Made by a program: the position numbers and the translations under genes. Below, piece after piece: positions 52,309 through 64,000 of a stretch of 64,000 nucleotides of DNA. The stretch's first letter is position 1. Every line of letters starts with the position of its first letter. The stretch lies in assembly GCA_038496445.1 (NCBI GenBank), contig JALMLS010000594.1:1-64000 (forward strand). The letters run 5' to 3'. The DNA is from Trichosphaerium sp. ATCC 40318 (lineage: Eukaryota; Protista; Tubulinea). Under the pieces are notes generated by a model, which was given only the letters and a program-made list of their open reading frames with translations, ran no database searches and was not told the DNA's origin.

Positions 52309-53529
52309 TTAGATTTTTGCATCATGCACTTTAATATAATGGGCGCCTTTTAGTGCTTTAATACCTTCGTCAGTTACTGAAGTGTCATTAAGGTAAATAG
52401 TATGGACGCCAGCAAGTGCTCTAACTCCTTCATCAGTTACTGAAGTGTCATCAAGACAAATAGTATGGACGCCAGCAAGTGCTTTAACTCCTTCATCAGT
52501 TACTGAAGTGCTACCAAGGTAAATCTCATGGACACCAGCAAGTGCTTTGACGCCTTCATCAGTTACTGAAGTGTCATCAAGATATATAGTATGGACGCCA
52601 GCAAGTGCTTTAATTCCTTCATCAGTTACTGAAGTAATGTCAAGGAAAATAGTATGAACCCCAGTAAGTGCTTTAACACCTTCATCAGTTACTGAAGTGT
52701 AACTAAGGACAATATTATGGACGCCAGCAAGTGCTTTAACTCCTTCATCAGTTATTGAAGTTCTACCAAGGTAAATACTATGAACTCCAACAAGTGCTTT
52801 GACACCTTCATCAGTTACCGAAGTGCTATTCAGGTTAATAGTATGAACTCCAGCAAGTGCTTTGACGCCTTCATCAGTTACTGAAGTGTTATTGAGGAAA
52901 ATAGTACGAACTCCAGCAAGTGCTTTGACGCCTTCATCAGTTACTGAAGTGTCATCAAGATATATAGTATGGACGCCAGCAAGTGCTTTAATACCTTCAT
53001 CAGTTACTGAAGTGTCATCAAGATATATAGTATGGACACCAGCAAGTGCTTTAACGCCTTCATCAGTTACTGAAGTGTGGCTAAGGTTAATAGTATGGAC
53101 GCCAGCAAGCGCTTTAACTCCTTCATCAGTTACTGAAGTACGATCAAGATTAATAGTATGTACACCAGCAAGCGCTTTAACTCCTTCATCAGTTACTGAA
53201 GTGTCATCATCAAGATAAATAGTATGAACACCAGCAAATTGTTTGATAGCATTGTCATCAAAAACATGTCCGCTAAGGGCAACTTTTGTGCATTTCACAA
53301 TACCAGGATGTTTTACAGCTGATTTTGATTGAGTTAACGTTGTAAGTCTAATAGCGTGGTATCCAATAATATCATGAATGATAGAAGCAATAAAACGACA
53401 GGTTTGACAAGCTGCAAATCGTGATTTGGTTGTTTGACGCAAGATATGTGCTAATATCTCTGTAGGAAGCTGAAGCAAACTCTCACAAGTATTATTGTTG
53501 ATTTTACAACCCTTTGAAGCGGAAAGCAT
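52309..53529 (-). CDS. Intronless F-box + tandem LRR protein
   Basis: LLQLPTEILAHIL...CQTCRFI F-box followed by 14 copies of VHTIxLxxTSVTDEGVKALAG. Confidence 0.9.
   Translation of the reverse strand: MLSASKGCKINNNTCESLLQLPTEILAHILRQTTKSRFAACQTCRFIASIIHDIIGYHAIRLTTLTQSKSAVKHPGIVKCTKVALSGHVFDDNAIKQFAGVHTIYLDDDTSVTDEGVKALAGVHTINLDRTSVTDEGVKALAGVHTINLSHTSVTDEGVKALAGVHTIYLDDTSVTDEGIKALAGVHTIYLDDTSVTDEGVKALAGVRTIFLNNTSVTDEGVKALAGVHTINLNSTSVTDEGVKALVGVHSIYLGRTSITDEGVKALAGVHNIVLSYTSVTDEGVKALTGVHTIFLDITSVTDEGIKALAGVHTIYLDDTSVTDEGVKALAGVHEIYLGSTSVTDEGVKALAGVHTICLDDTSVTDEGVRALAGVHTIYLNDTSVTDEGIKALKGAHYIKVHDAKI
52345..53229 (-). repeat. 63-bp coding tandem repeat, 14 units (first unit 66 bp)
   Basis: ccttcatcagttactgaagt recurs every 63 bp on the + strand. 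Confidence 0.93.
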
Positions 53530-54029
53530 AGTATTGTGTCTTGTGATGGTAAGATGTTGGAGTTTACTGGTAATGTGGTAGGTTTATATCCAAAGAGTAC
53601 GGGAAGAGGAGCTGTTATCTTATTTATTCCCGTGAGATAGTGATCTCCGGGCAGTTTACAAGGGAATCACTCCGTGGAGATGTGTTACATTTCACTCTTG
53701 CAGTAATATGCGAGCGATAAGACAGAGATAGCGATAAGGGTACTAGCTTGGAGGATAATACGAATAGTAATAGAAATAAAACACCAAAGCTAGTCCTTCA
53801 TTTAATATATCGAGACTCTGCGGGCTATAGATATCTCGTGGCTTTCACGATGCCAGCTCTAGAAATATATGTTGTAAATAAATCAGGATTCTACCTGTCA
53901 GTTGTTCACTTTGATATCATATGGACTTTATTGTAAAGTTCGTCTCGCTACGTGTTTCAGGAATAGCAGACTAACCCTGCTTAATCAGTGAATTTCTAAA
54001 ATAACTTCTTATTTTTACCAGGGTGTTAA

Positions 54030-54880
54030 ATGCTTTACACCAAAAAGAAAAAGGGAAACAATGGTCATATTGTAGTATGCGGAAAAGAAGGTTCTGGTAA
54101 ATCTGCCATCACAATACGCTTCAGACATGACGTTTTTGTTGAAGAGTACCATAAAACCGCTTAGACTTCGAATAATGTTATAATAGATACGATCCAGTAA
54201 TAGAGGATATATACAGAAAAGTTATGAAAGTCGATGAAGCAGAGCTGTTTCTGAATATTTTCGACACTGCTGGACGTATACAAGACTATTCTGTCCAAAG
54301 AGACCCTGAACGTTTTAGATTTGTTTGATTTCTTAGCTTAAAAACTTGTTTAGTTCATAGGCAAGCGTGATGGGTTTGTTTTAGTTTATAGTATCACAAA
54401 CCGAGAGTCGTTTGAGTTTGTTGTCCCTTACTTTGAAGAATTTCGCGAGTACGCACATCAAATACATTAAAGTATCAACCACTACCATAACAGTGATGAT
54501 ACTACAAGTTGACATTGACAATAACAGTGCAATACCAAGAGTTTGGATTTCCTTTTTTTTTCCTCTTTTTTTTTCATTGTTTTTCTTGTTTTCACGTGTT
54601 TGTCATAAGGGCAAGAGGAAAAACTATACCAATTCTTTTGATTGGTAATAAAAGTGATCTAGAAGATGATAGAAAGGTATCTACGGAAGAAGGACAAGAA
54701 CTTGCAGACCATTACGGATGTATGTTTTTCGAAACATCAGCAAAAGATAATACCAATATTGATGAATCGTTCCATACAATCTTAAACGCTATTCTTGAAT
54801 TAAAAAAAGTCCAAATCCCACTTGATAAAAAACAATCAAAGAGTAGAATGCAATCTCGGAGAACCTGTTATGTAATGTAA
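54030..54880 (+). CDS. Atypical Ras-family GTPase
   Basis: GKEGSGKSAITI, YDPVIED, DTAG, DGFVLVYSIT, GNKSDL, ETSAK, CaaX CYVM; splice/frame ambiguity at ~54310-54370. Confidence 0.88.
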
Positions 54881-55217
54881 TTATAAATAAAATATTTTCT
54901 GACAAAACAGCTAGTAAAGAACAACATAAGGGCTGCGCTAGAGTCCCAGGCATAGTCATCCTCCCAAAAGGAGTGTTTTTGATGTAAGCGAAATAGAGGT
55001 TTTAAACGTGACTATTCTCATGTAACAAACATGAAGCATTGTTTTTTTAGTGGGTTGGTATATGCTAAAATCAAGCTCATCTGTAATACTGCAAGTTAAT
55101 TGTATGAACTCCTAACTGTTACTTTAGATGATTGAAGAGTAGTCTTGTAAACACCTGCGAGTGCATCAATACAGAGTTTTTATTATTTGTTTATTACAAA
55201 ACCATGTGCACAAATTT

Positions 55218-57154
55218 TTAATCAAACACTGGAGCTATTGTTATTCTAAAACGAGGAGAATCTTCTAATGCAGTATACTGTATCATACCAACATATTCGT
55301 TATCACATAACACGATTTCTATAGGACGTGACTCTTCTTTTGGTTGCTCATCAGTTCTAATAATACATTGATAAGGTATTGTTAATAACTGAGAAACAAT
55401 CTTTGAGGAAAGCTTGAGTGTAAGTTGCCTTTCTGATACACAAGATAACCTAAAAAATATGAGCTATTTTTAGAAATATCACGTGACAAATTATTAATTA
55501 GATAGCGTACCATACATAACCAAAAGCGCAGTACTTTGTTCTACCAGGTACTGCATTAAAACTGACAGAGCATTCGCTATAAAAGGGTGAGAATAAGTAT
55601 GAACAAACGGCTTTTTTTCGTTGATTTTTGCTTTGTTCACGTACGATTTCTCGTCTCTTTTTCTGTTACATACTTCTCTGTATACATGCGCTCTCTTATT
55701 AAGTTGTTGTGCGTTAACAATAAGTCCCCAAATATCATGCCACCACATTTTTTCAGGATTATCTTTACACGCGAACAAATACGCTGCAAACCCAGGTAGA
55801 AGGTAAGGTTCCATTTCCTCTGCAAGCTCATGATGACCACTCATACCTATACAAGTCTTGTGAGTTAAAAAAATAAAGGGTTTGATATACATACGTGCGA
55901 GTATCCATAGCTCGGGCGCTTTTATGTGAATACTATTTGTTTTTTCACTTTTCTTAAATCTTCCTCTTAACACTTCCATTGGTAGTTTTATAGTCTTTCC
56001 GTGATACAACAAATAGCTCAAGAACCTCCTTAGAGTAGAAAAAACTTTTAAAATCGCCTTTGCTATAACCCTTGGATCAAAAGGTTGAAGCAATGTATTG
56101 CTTAATTCTAAAATAGTTTTATATCTTAACGTCGACATTGACTTAAGCAGCTGATCATACATCGCCGTCTGTTTCTCTTGTTCAAGTACCTAGTATAATC
56201 TTTAGACCCTTTACTATACACTACATACAATAACAAGCAAGAAAGACGTACTTGGCCTAACTTAACGACAACTCCTTCGATATCTTCGCATGAATGATTT
56301 TGAGGTATGTTCATTATTGCTTCATCACAATTGACACTTGACATTGCATTTAAGAATATTAAAGCAGACTCTGGTGTTTCCCCTTCTATCAGCACATAAT
56401 TGAATATATCATTAACACGTTCAAAACCACCAGCAAATAGAGTAGCGAAGTACCTTTTAAAAAAAACCGTTAAATAAAGTTCGAATAAGTCAGAAAAAGC
56501 TGCGGTTTATTTGAACTTGTTGTGTAATTCACGAGACAAGAAATCAAAATGTGAGCGAAAAAACCGTACCTACAGTTAACGCTTAGTACGTATTTTGATG
56601 CCTTGACTTTATAGAGTGGTTCATCATCTCTGAGGACGACAATTGTTATATCGCACAAATTCGCTACGGAATCGTTGTGACACGAAAGCTTTCGCTCAGG
56701 GATATCGCGTATATCATCTGTGGAATTTTTTAGAACAGCTGAGTCGAAGATTTGACCCTCAATGTCTATACTCTGACTAATAGCTATTGTGTGCTTCCTT
56801 AGCGCCTTGGCAACATATTTCTTCATAGCTACTGACGTATAACGCATACTGAAGGTGTCTGGCATGTTCAAGTGGTAAATCACCTTATGTAGCAGTTCTT
56901 TATGCGCCAGTAGCTCCAATATATTGGTTGTACCATTTAATTCTGTAGCTAAACAGAAAATAATGTCAAAAACGTGTACACAGTGATTAAATGTATGCTT
57001 TTAAGCACGTCGTAATAAAATTATAAGGCCACATGCGAGTAAATTGGACATCAAATCCAAATTGTCTGAAAAAAAAAAAATACTGACAAATAATAAACTT
57101 ACCTGTAGGTTGTATATTTAATGTTCTCTTGGCGTTAGATATAGCGCCCGACAT
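55218..57154 (-). CDS. F-box-like protein with unknown C-terminal region (multi-exon)
   Basis: ELLHKVIYHLNMPDTFSMRYTS F-box-like motif; long ORFs joined by GT-AG introns. Confidence 0.55.
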
Positions 57155-57592
57155 GGTAAAGCTTAATAACGGCTACTATATCGTTTATAGGCCTTATTTG
57201 TCCGTGGTTTTGTTAAAATACCACTTTTGGGGTAGAATGTGCTCCAATACACTGCTTGGGATAGTTTAGGAGTTTGTACCAATAAAATGTGATCAAGTAT
57301 TCGGCTGGTAAGTCACGGAAATTCACCTTGAACTTTGCTTCTTTTTCGTTATTCGAACTTCCATAAAACGCTTTTGAGATTGTGTTGTTACACTGAACAC
57401 AGTTAAATTAAGCGTACGTAGTACAATGGGAGCCTTTTTAGGTCACGTGAACAGCTTTGTGACAGAATATGTTCACTGCAGCGCTAGTACTGTTTAGCGT
57501 GTATCATATACGCTCCAAAGCGATCTTGTCGCTTTGGTTCCTCGTACTTAAACGTTTTGTCGTGTTTTGGAAGTTTAAGTTAAAAACAAAAA

Positions 57593-58239
57593 ATGTCGAG
57601 ACCAAAGTCAAGCCTTAGAGGTATAAAATACCGTTGAGTAACCTAGCGTTTATGTTCTACTGTAGGAAATATAAATTGGGTGAAAAAATACAGGTGTAAA
57701 AAATGTAACCAAGACATGATCATTAGCTTGGATAATATGATGAAATACAGGTACCACATAACCACAAAAGCGTTATAAATTATTTTTATAAAAACGGCAA
57801 CGTACGGGTACTAACATAAACTAGTTGGACTTCTGACGGTCAACACAACGGTAAACCACTCATAGATTGGTGGGTCAGATGCCCTTCTCCAGTACGTTGC
57901 CTAAACTAAGATACACGCACTAAAGACGCTCTAGAAATGTAGTAACCAGGCTATAATTATAACTACCGCTTCATTCGATCAATTACGCCAAATTATAATT
58001 GGCCCAATTCCACGCAGTGTAGCTGACAAAGTACCTTTCAGTGACCCTCCTTGTACGTTTAAAAGAGCCATAATTCATTTCAGTACAAACGACCCTTTAT
58101 CCAACTTCACACGCCTTAAAACAACGTAAAACGTATCCCACTATATGTCTACCATGCGAATACTCGTTTAAACTAAAAACTACAAATAGATCGTTGCGTG
58201 AACCAATTAGTACTTCCAGGCGATCTATCAAAGCCATGA
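57593..58239 (+). CDS. Small zinc-ribbon-like protein (~117 aa, 5 exons; absent from the ORF track)
   Basis: Four GT-AG introns give an open frame with CKKC...CPSPKC, ending ...GDLSKP*. Confidence 0.65.
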
Positions 58240-58935
58240 TAACTCCCTCACGCCAGCTTCCAAAAAACAGTACTACAAAACGTACTGTGGTGTAATTTTG
58301 TAAAATTTCACCACAGCACTTTACCGTGCGTGACGTGACGTATGCGTCACGCTTAGCCTATTCTGTAATGTCATTATTTGTGACACATATTAAACCCTCC
58401 TTTATCGACTTGATTGTATGTTTGACATTGATCTTATAACACCGTCGCCTACTTACAAACAATATAGTCTGCATGAAGTGAACTTTTTTTTTTCAAGTGT
58501 CAACACCAGCTCGATTTTTATTATTGATCTCAAATACACTTCACGAGAGCGTGGAGCTTTCACAGAACAATAACGAATACACCATGAATATAAAGGTAAG
58601 CCATCTAAGCGATCACGTGAGGCATGTATATGACAATGGAGGTATATCGTCGCTACAATTAAAATACTCATAGAAAATTGATAGAGTATGAAGTATGAAT
58701 CACATATGTTCACGAGCACTTACAGACACTATCAAGATACGGAGCAATGTGTACAAGGGAAGCAAGGTGTATATTTATTTGGGAACTAGTAAATGCATAA
58801 AGTACAAGTACCGAACAATGGTCAATTACATAAGAATAAAGACAGAAAATTATCTCAATTATATACTTACTTGTTGTCACAAGGCCTCAGCTCTTTTCAA
58901 GAACCACTTGCAGACCATTTGCTTAAAATAAGACG

Positions 58936-59637
58936 TTAGTAACGAACATAAGTTTTTGTGAAATGTCCAAGTTCAGGACGAGTGAATGTAAAGTAGGGTG
59001 TATGTTCTTTTTCGAAAAGTATCTTTTTTCTTGTGACTTTATGAAACCTTGCAGCAGAACTTATTCTAACCGGCATATCCGCTTCTAAGTCACTAGTCTT
59101 AAACCACACAGGTACACGTGTTTTTACACCTGGTCTAGCAGCTGAGAATTGTGCTTCAAACGAAGGAAACTGACAACGGTAGACTACAACATCAGTCAAG
59201 TATTCAAGTCTATTTGTTTTAAATGATTTTTCAACGTTTGCTAGCCTGTAAGCCCTGAGAACCCTTCTAATGCTTACAAAGCATCTGCATGGTATGATAT
59301 CAGTAACACAGTCGTAGAAATCAACACGGCAGATCGTTTGGTCTCGCTTGAAGATAGCATAAAAGTATTTGCGTTGTTTCTTGCTTTTTACGCCTATTTT
59401 AGTCATATATGCTTTCTTCCACGATGTTTTGTATCCGTTAGGTCCTTTTCTGCTATACATTTGAAAATCAGCTCTACAATGCTGTCTCCATACTCGCCAT
59501 GCGTATGATATTGTTTTATGCCATGAACAGCAAACATTGGAACAATTAAACATTGAAAAAGAGTCTAGGTATTCAACGAGTAGATGAGCCCATACTTGTT
59601 CGCCTACCTGTAAGTACTGAGACATTGTTAGTGACAT
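58936..59637 (-). CDS. Intronless F-box protein with basic C-terminal region
   Basis: EQVWAHLLVEYLD..SMFNCSNVCCSWH...VWRQHC...SWKKAY. Confidence 0.75.
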   Translation of the reverse strand: MSLTMSQYLQVGEQVWAHLLVEYLDSFSMFNCSNVCCSWHKTISYAWRVWRQHCRADFQMYSRKGPNGYKTSWKKAYMTKIGVKSKKQRKYFYAIFKRDQTICRVDFYDCVTDIIPCRCFVSIRRVLRAYRLANVEKSFKTNRLEYLTDVVVYRCQFPSFEAQFSAARPGVKTRVPVWFKTSDLEADMPVRISSAARFHKVTRKKILFEKEHTPYFTFTRPELGHFTKTYVRY

Positions 59638-60157
59638 GACAACCCAATAACTGAGTTTTGAACCTATTTGACTACTGATTTATAGAATGATGTGTTTGGG
59701 CTCGTCAAAGGCGACTATGTTCTTACCCTTCTGCATGCCAGTTATAACTCTTCGAAACTCGCCATTGTTAACAGTTCAAGTTGTATGGCAAGTGCTAAAT
59801 CAGGGAGCATATCAAATGTCGATAGCCACAGTTTCAATGACACTTTAACCACAAACAATGTGAAGCTATTTCTATGCCTGCAACGGATTTTCGGTGTGTT
59901 GCACCTTTATATAGTCACGTGTTTTATTATATCAGGAACAACAATGTGAAGTGACGAGGCGAAGTCCGCCAAATTAAGAAATATGTCCATTTTAGAATTA
60001 TACGCTAGCGCTTACAAGGATAACGCCTCAATGCTAAACCTGGTTTGTTTATTAGTTATACTACTGACAGGCATATCAGGACAAACGCCACCGCGTGTGG
60101 GTACGCAAACAAAGAGAACATAACTAAAACAATAATACTGACCATAATACTGTAAAG

Positions 60158-63100
60158 TTAACCCTCCTGTACAAACTACGTGGGGTTTAAAGCTTGATGG
60201 AGTCAATATAAAGTATGAAATCTCAAGCTCGCTAAAATCGGAAGCCAATGACCTGTACACCGCCTGTACGTATTAAATGCATTCGAAAAGTGCGTAAGAA
60301 GTGTATCTAACGATTTAATATTAAAGTACAAGTAATCAAACCAGAATTCGATAAACCAACATTGCTTGACGTTGACGGAACATCGCTAACACTACCAGTA
60401 CGCTAAAACAAAAATAGTCGTTGTACTTCATTTAAAACTGGGACATTTGTATTTGGCTACAAACTTTGATGACGAATGCCCGATGCGCATAGACAACTAC
60501 AAAGCAAACGCTAGTTAAAAAGAAAGCACAAAAGTGTGAGTTTTCTCAGGAGGAAAGTCTTGCCACAATAGCCAATCACGTACCATTTCGTAGAGCAACA
60601 ACGGTTTAATTGATTGTAGGCTCTACAATGTCCCAGTTTTAATCGAAAGCCTGCCGACAAATGCTACATTGGTTGCTAAGTTAAGTATTTAGGCAAACTC
60701 AAGTGGTTCCGTTCTCGTCGTATTAAATAGTACGGGTACAATTAAAGAGTTAGTTTTGGTGTATTGCAATATAACAAGCGATGACTATGGGCCCTCGCCA
60801 ACATTTGCACGTCTTAAAAGCATGACTGAGATGTTTAATGACATTTTTGTTTTGTTTCACGTGTACCACAGTACGACAAAGATTCAGAGAACTGATGACT
60901 TTCTTATTCTGTTTATTTTTTTTACTGTAAATAGGAGACAGTCTATCATGCTATGCAGAGATACAAGGGCGCTCTGCTGTAGAAATAGAAGTGTCAGATA
61001 CACATGGTTTATATGCTACTCTTTTGTTGAGATATAGTGTTGAGTCTAATACCATAGCAACTGCACGTGTTCTTGGTTTTTTTCCTTTTTCCTTCTTCTA
61101 TTTTTTTTTCTTTTTTTCAAGGCATTCTGTGTTTATACGGTGTTTTGTTAGCATGCAACTTTCGAAAAGACATTGATACATGATGTTAAAACAGACCCTG
61201 AAAGCTTAGACGATCTTATTCTTGCTGGAGAAACCATTACGTATTGTTATTCTTTTCTTTTCAATACGTTTTAAAAAAGCCTCTACTTACAATTAATTAA
61301 ACAGGTCTAATTCATTCACACTTTCATCAATTGCTCCTGGATCATTTCCTGTGACAAAAAGCCGAAGTGGTGGGAATTGTGCAGAAGTAAAGCCGGGAGC
61401 ATTTTGTTGCATAGCAAGCGGTACGTTGGATTCTTCCAAAAAAAACCTGATAGTTGACTTTTACCAAGTTGTATCTGCACGAATGGGAGTGCTTATTAAG
61501 GTCACAGACAACCATGTAGTACCTCAAATAGTTTTCATGCATCTATTTTATGCTGTTGATAATCAAACAGAAGCAGACCGGTCTGAGTATGGTATAGCGT
61601 TAAAGGGTATTAATACAAATGGAAATAGAATTATTTTGGCAGGAGACTTCGAGGCTTCTGCTTGTATTAGAGGCCCACATACCACTGGCAACACTTTCCT
61701 TTTTGCAAACCCAAAAACGTCGGGTATTGCAAACGTTATTGTGTATTATTCTATTTCAGATGGTTATGGAGGCCATGCAACGCTTGGATTTGATCATCCA
61801 GATGAATCAAAAAAATATGCGATGTTTTCTGGTACGGTTTTTTTGTGAAGTTTTGCTTTCACAATTGCCATGTCAACATTATTTTCTTTTTTATAGTAGC
61901 CAAGTGTTTTGCTCTTACTTATTTACATTGGTCTTTCAATGTTTAAAGACGAACTTATTGTTGATTTGATTATTTTTTTTGTAGCTGGTTTTATAAAAGT
62001 AGGCAATGACTTTGCTTTACTTACAGATAGATTTGAAGTAGCTGTAGAAGATATTGCGCTTAAAACTACAGCTGTGAAGATAAGCAGTAGAATAGAATTC
62101 TTTTCAGATGAACTACAAAACTCAAGAACTCAAATAGTCGCCAACTGTGTACCTGCCCCTGTTTTTTTCAAAGAACTTTAAGAGAATTACTTTGACTTTA
62201 TTGCAGGACTTCTTCAGTATGGATACTGCTTCTAGCAATGAAACATGGTTTGCTGGCGGTTTTAGTAGACCAACAGCAATTGGTGAGGTTACATTATACC
62301 AACCAGGAGAACTTAGAGCTGGATTTATTATGCGCTCAGGAATAAATGGAGATATTAACCTTGCTTTGGTGGCAGGTTCGTTACACTCTTTTTTTTTTGG
62401 GCTGTCTTTCCTGTTGGACCTTAAACAGTGTAAAGTGTTTGGAGAAAACATTATCTTTAAGCCAGTATTGCCGAAACAGCCAACCACAAGACACAAAAGT
62501 TCAGCTGAAGTTGCCGGTTGCAGAGCGCTTTCTGAAAAATGTTGAATACTTACTGACATTGCTGTAGGTGGACCAACAGATGAATTACATATAGAACATG
62601 TAAGAAGTATATCACGTGATGTCGCTATTGTTTTAGGGACATTTAATGGTGAAGCTACCGTAGGGTCACAAAATTTTTCAGCACAATCCTCCAAAGCAGC
62701 ATTTATTGCACAGCTTGATTTTGATTTCTATGAGCCCTTCCCTGAAACTGTTTCTGGTGTACCGTCATCAAATGCAACTGATGTTGAAGATGTCGTACTA
62801 GGAGATGATGTCTACATCATACTAAGTACGGAAAGGCTAACTTGATCGTTGTCTGCTTGCAACTTTGGTTATTTTATTGCTTCTAACATTGACACTATTT
62901 AGATGTTACCTCTGATTTTGTAGCATCTAAAGTTACTTCTACTGCATATGCACAACCCATTGTTATCCAAATAAGCGATAACTGTACAGTAGGTAAGTGA
63001 GAGAGCGAAAAAATAACAAGTGTACAATAAGTGTAGCTAATATTTGGTTTGCCTTAGATTCTTTGTGTTTTAAGATACCATTTGAAGAGAACAAGAGCGT

Positions 63101-64000
63101 TCTCAATATTACGTCAATATCAGCCAAAAGGCAAAACAAAGCACAGCTTGTTGATGTTACAATATCCTTTACTTTGAAGCACAGTGCTTTTGATGGTGGT
63201 CCTACAACACCTCTCAGTGTGGATAGTACAATCGTTGTACTTCCACAAGCAATAGCATCACCAACTAGTGGCGGACAAGTTGTTAGTGGCAATGGTCCAA
63301 AATCAAACAACACTCTTTATATTATTTTGGGTGTTGCTGGTGTGTGCCTGTTGATTGCTATCATTGCAATGATAGCTGTTTTGGTGTTAAGGAAACGAAG
63401 AGTAAAACAAATATCTCCAACTCTTGTTACTGCAGCGAATAGTAATACGCTGTTGTACTTGAAGTATGATCAAATAACAATGGGAAAAGTAATAGGTATG
63501 TAAACTACTATGAATACTTCCAAAAACAGTACTAAGTTGTTTGATAGGTTATGGAAGTGCGTGTACTGTACACGACGCAGTTTATAATGATAATCCTATT
63601 GCTGTGAAAGTACCTCATGTTCAATCAAGTGAAAGTGCTGCTGCATTGGTTGCCGAAGCTGACATCATGAAGTAAGACAGAAGCAAGTGTTCTAACTATT
63701 TTTCTTATTGTTCAATTAGCTCAATACCTTCTCACCCAAACGTTGTTTCATTGATTGGTATATCACTCAAACAAGGGCATCCAAAACTGGTGATGGAGCT
63801 TGCAACTGGTGGTACACTTGAACAACACTATAAAGCAAAGCAAGATCCGTTCTTAGAATCAGAACTTGAGTTTTACGCAAAGCAAATAATAAAAGGATTG
63901 GGACATATCCATAAATCAAATGTAGTACACAAGTACGTTAAACTTTAACAGCCAACAGGCAGTCTCTAATGATCTATAAACAAGGGATTTGGCTTGTAGA
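60158..64000 (+). CDS. Receptor tyrosine-kinase-like protein with beta-propeller-like ectodomain (5' end uncertain, 3'-partial)
   Basis: Ectodomain repeats (LILAG, IILAGDF, FAGGF, VLGTF), TM LYIILGVAGVCLLIAIIAMIAVLVL-RKRR, then IGYGS..TV, IAVK, HPNVV, VMEL..GG.L and HK/DLACR. Confidence 0.8.

Noticed and set aside
52862-53218. Antisense repetitive ORF (TPSSVTEV...)
   Set aside because: It is a shadow of the LRR repeat on the opposite strand, as are most other short antisense ORFs in the track.
52345-53229. CRISPR-like array (regular repeats with short variable inserts)
   Set aside because: The period is a multiple of 3 within an open LRR frame, the variable part is only a few codons, and there are no cas genes in this eukaryotic context.

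Overview
AT-rich, gene-dense eukaryotic DNA with many short spliceosomal introns, probably from a unicellular, possibly amoeboid, protist (inference; the lineage cannot be fixed from this window). The ORF track is fragmented by introns, so I rebuilt gene models by hand from GT/GC-AG boundaries, and coordinates of spliced genes are best estimates. Recognisable genes: GST, AMPK-alpha/SNF1-type kinase, class I/II aminotransferase, stomatin, SPRY protein, tRNA-Ser(UGA), atypical Rho and Ras GTPases, PhyH+HEAT dioxygenase, FBXO4-like protein, DNAJC17, GT-A and GT8 glycosyltransferases, an ependymin-like protein and a receptor tyrosine-kinase-like gene running off the end. Accessory content: (i) a 7-exon secreted Cys-containing beta-propeller-like family with 8 copies or fragments; (ii) about 9 F-box(-like) genes with different C-terminal modules, one carrying a 14 x 21-aa LRR array variable mainly at the exposed strand positions; (iii) an intron-containing integrase fragment with a TGT terminus (Ginger/TDD-like); (iv) an intronless stand-alone L,D-transpeptidase (YkuD-fold) gene, a bacterial cell-wall enzyme family; (v) strong over-representation of CACGTG. 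Several conserved genes carry 1-nt frameshifts that look like consensus errors, so pseudogene calls are provisional.
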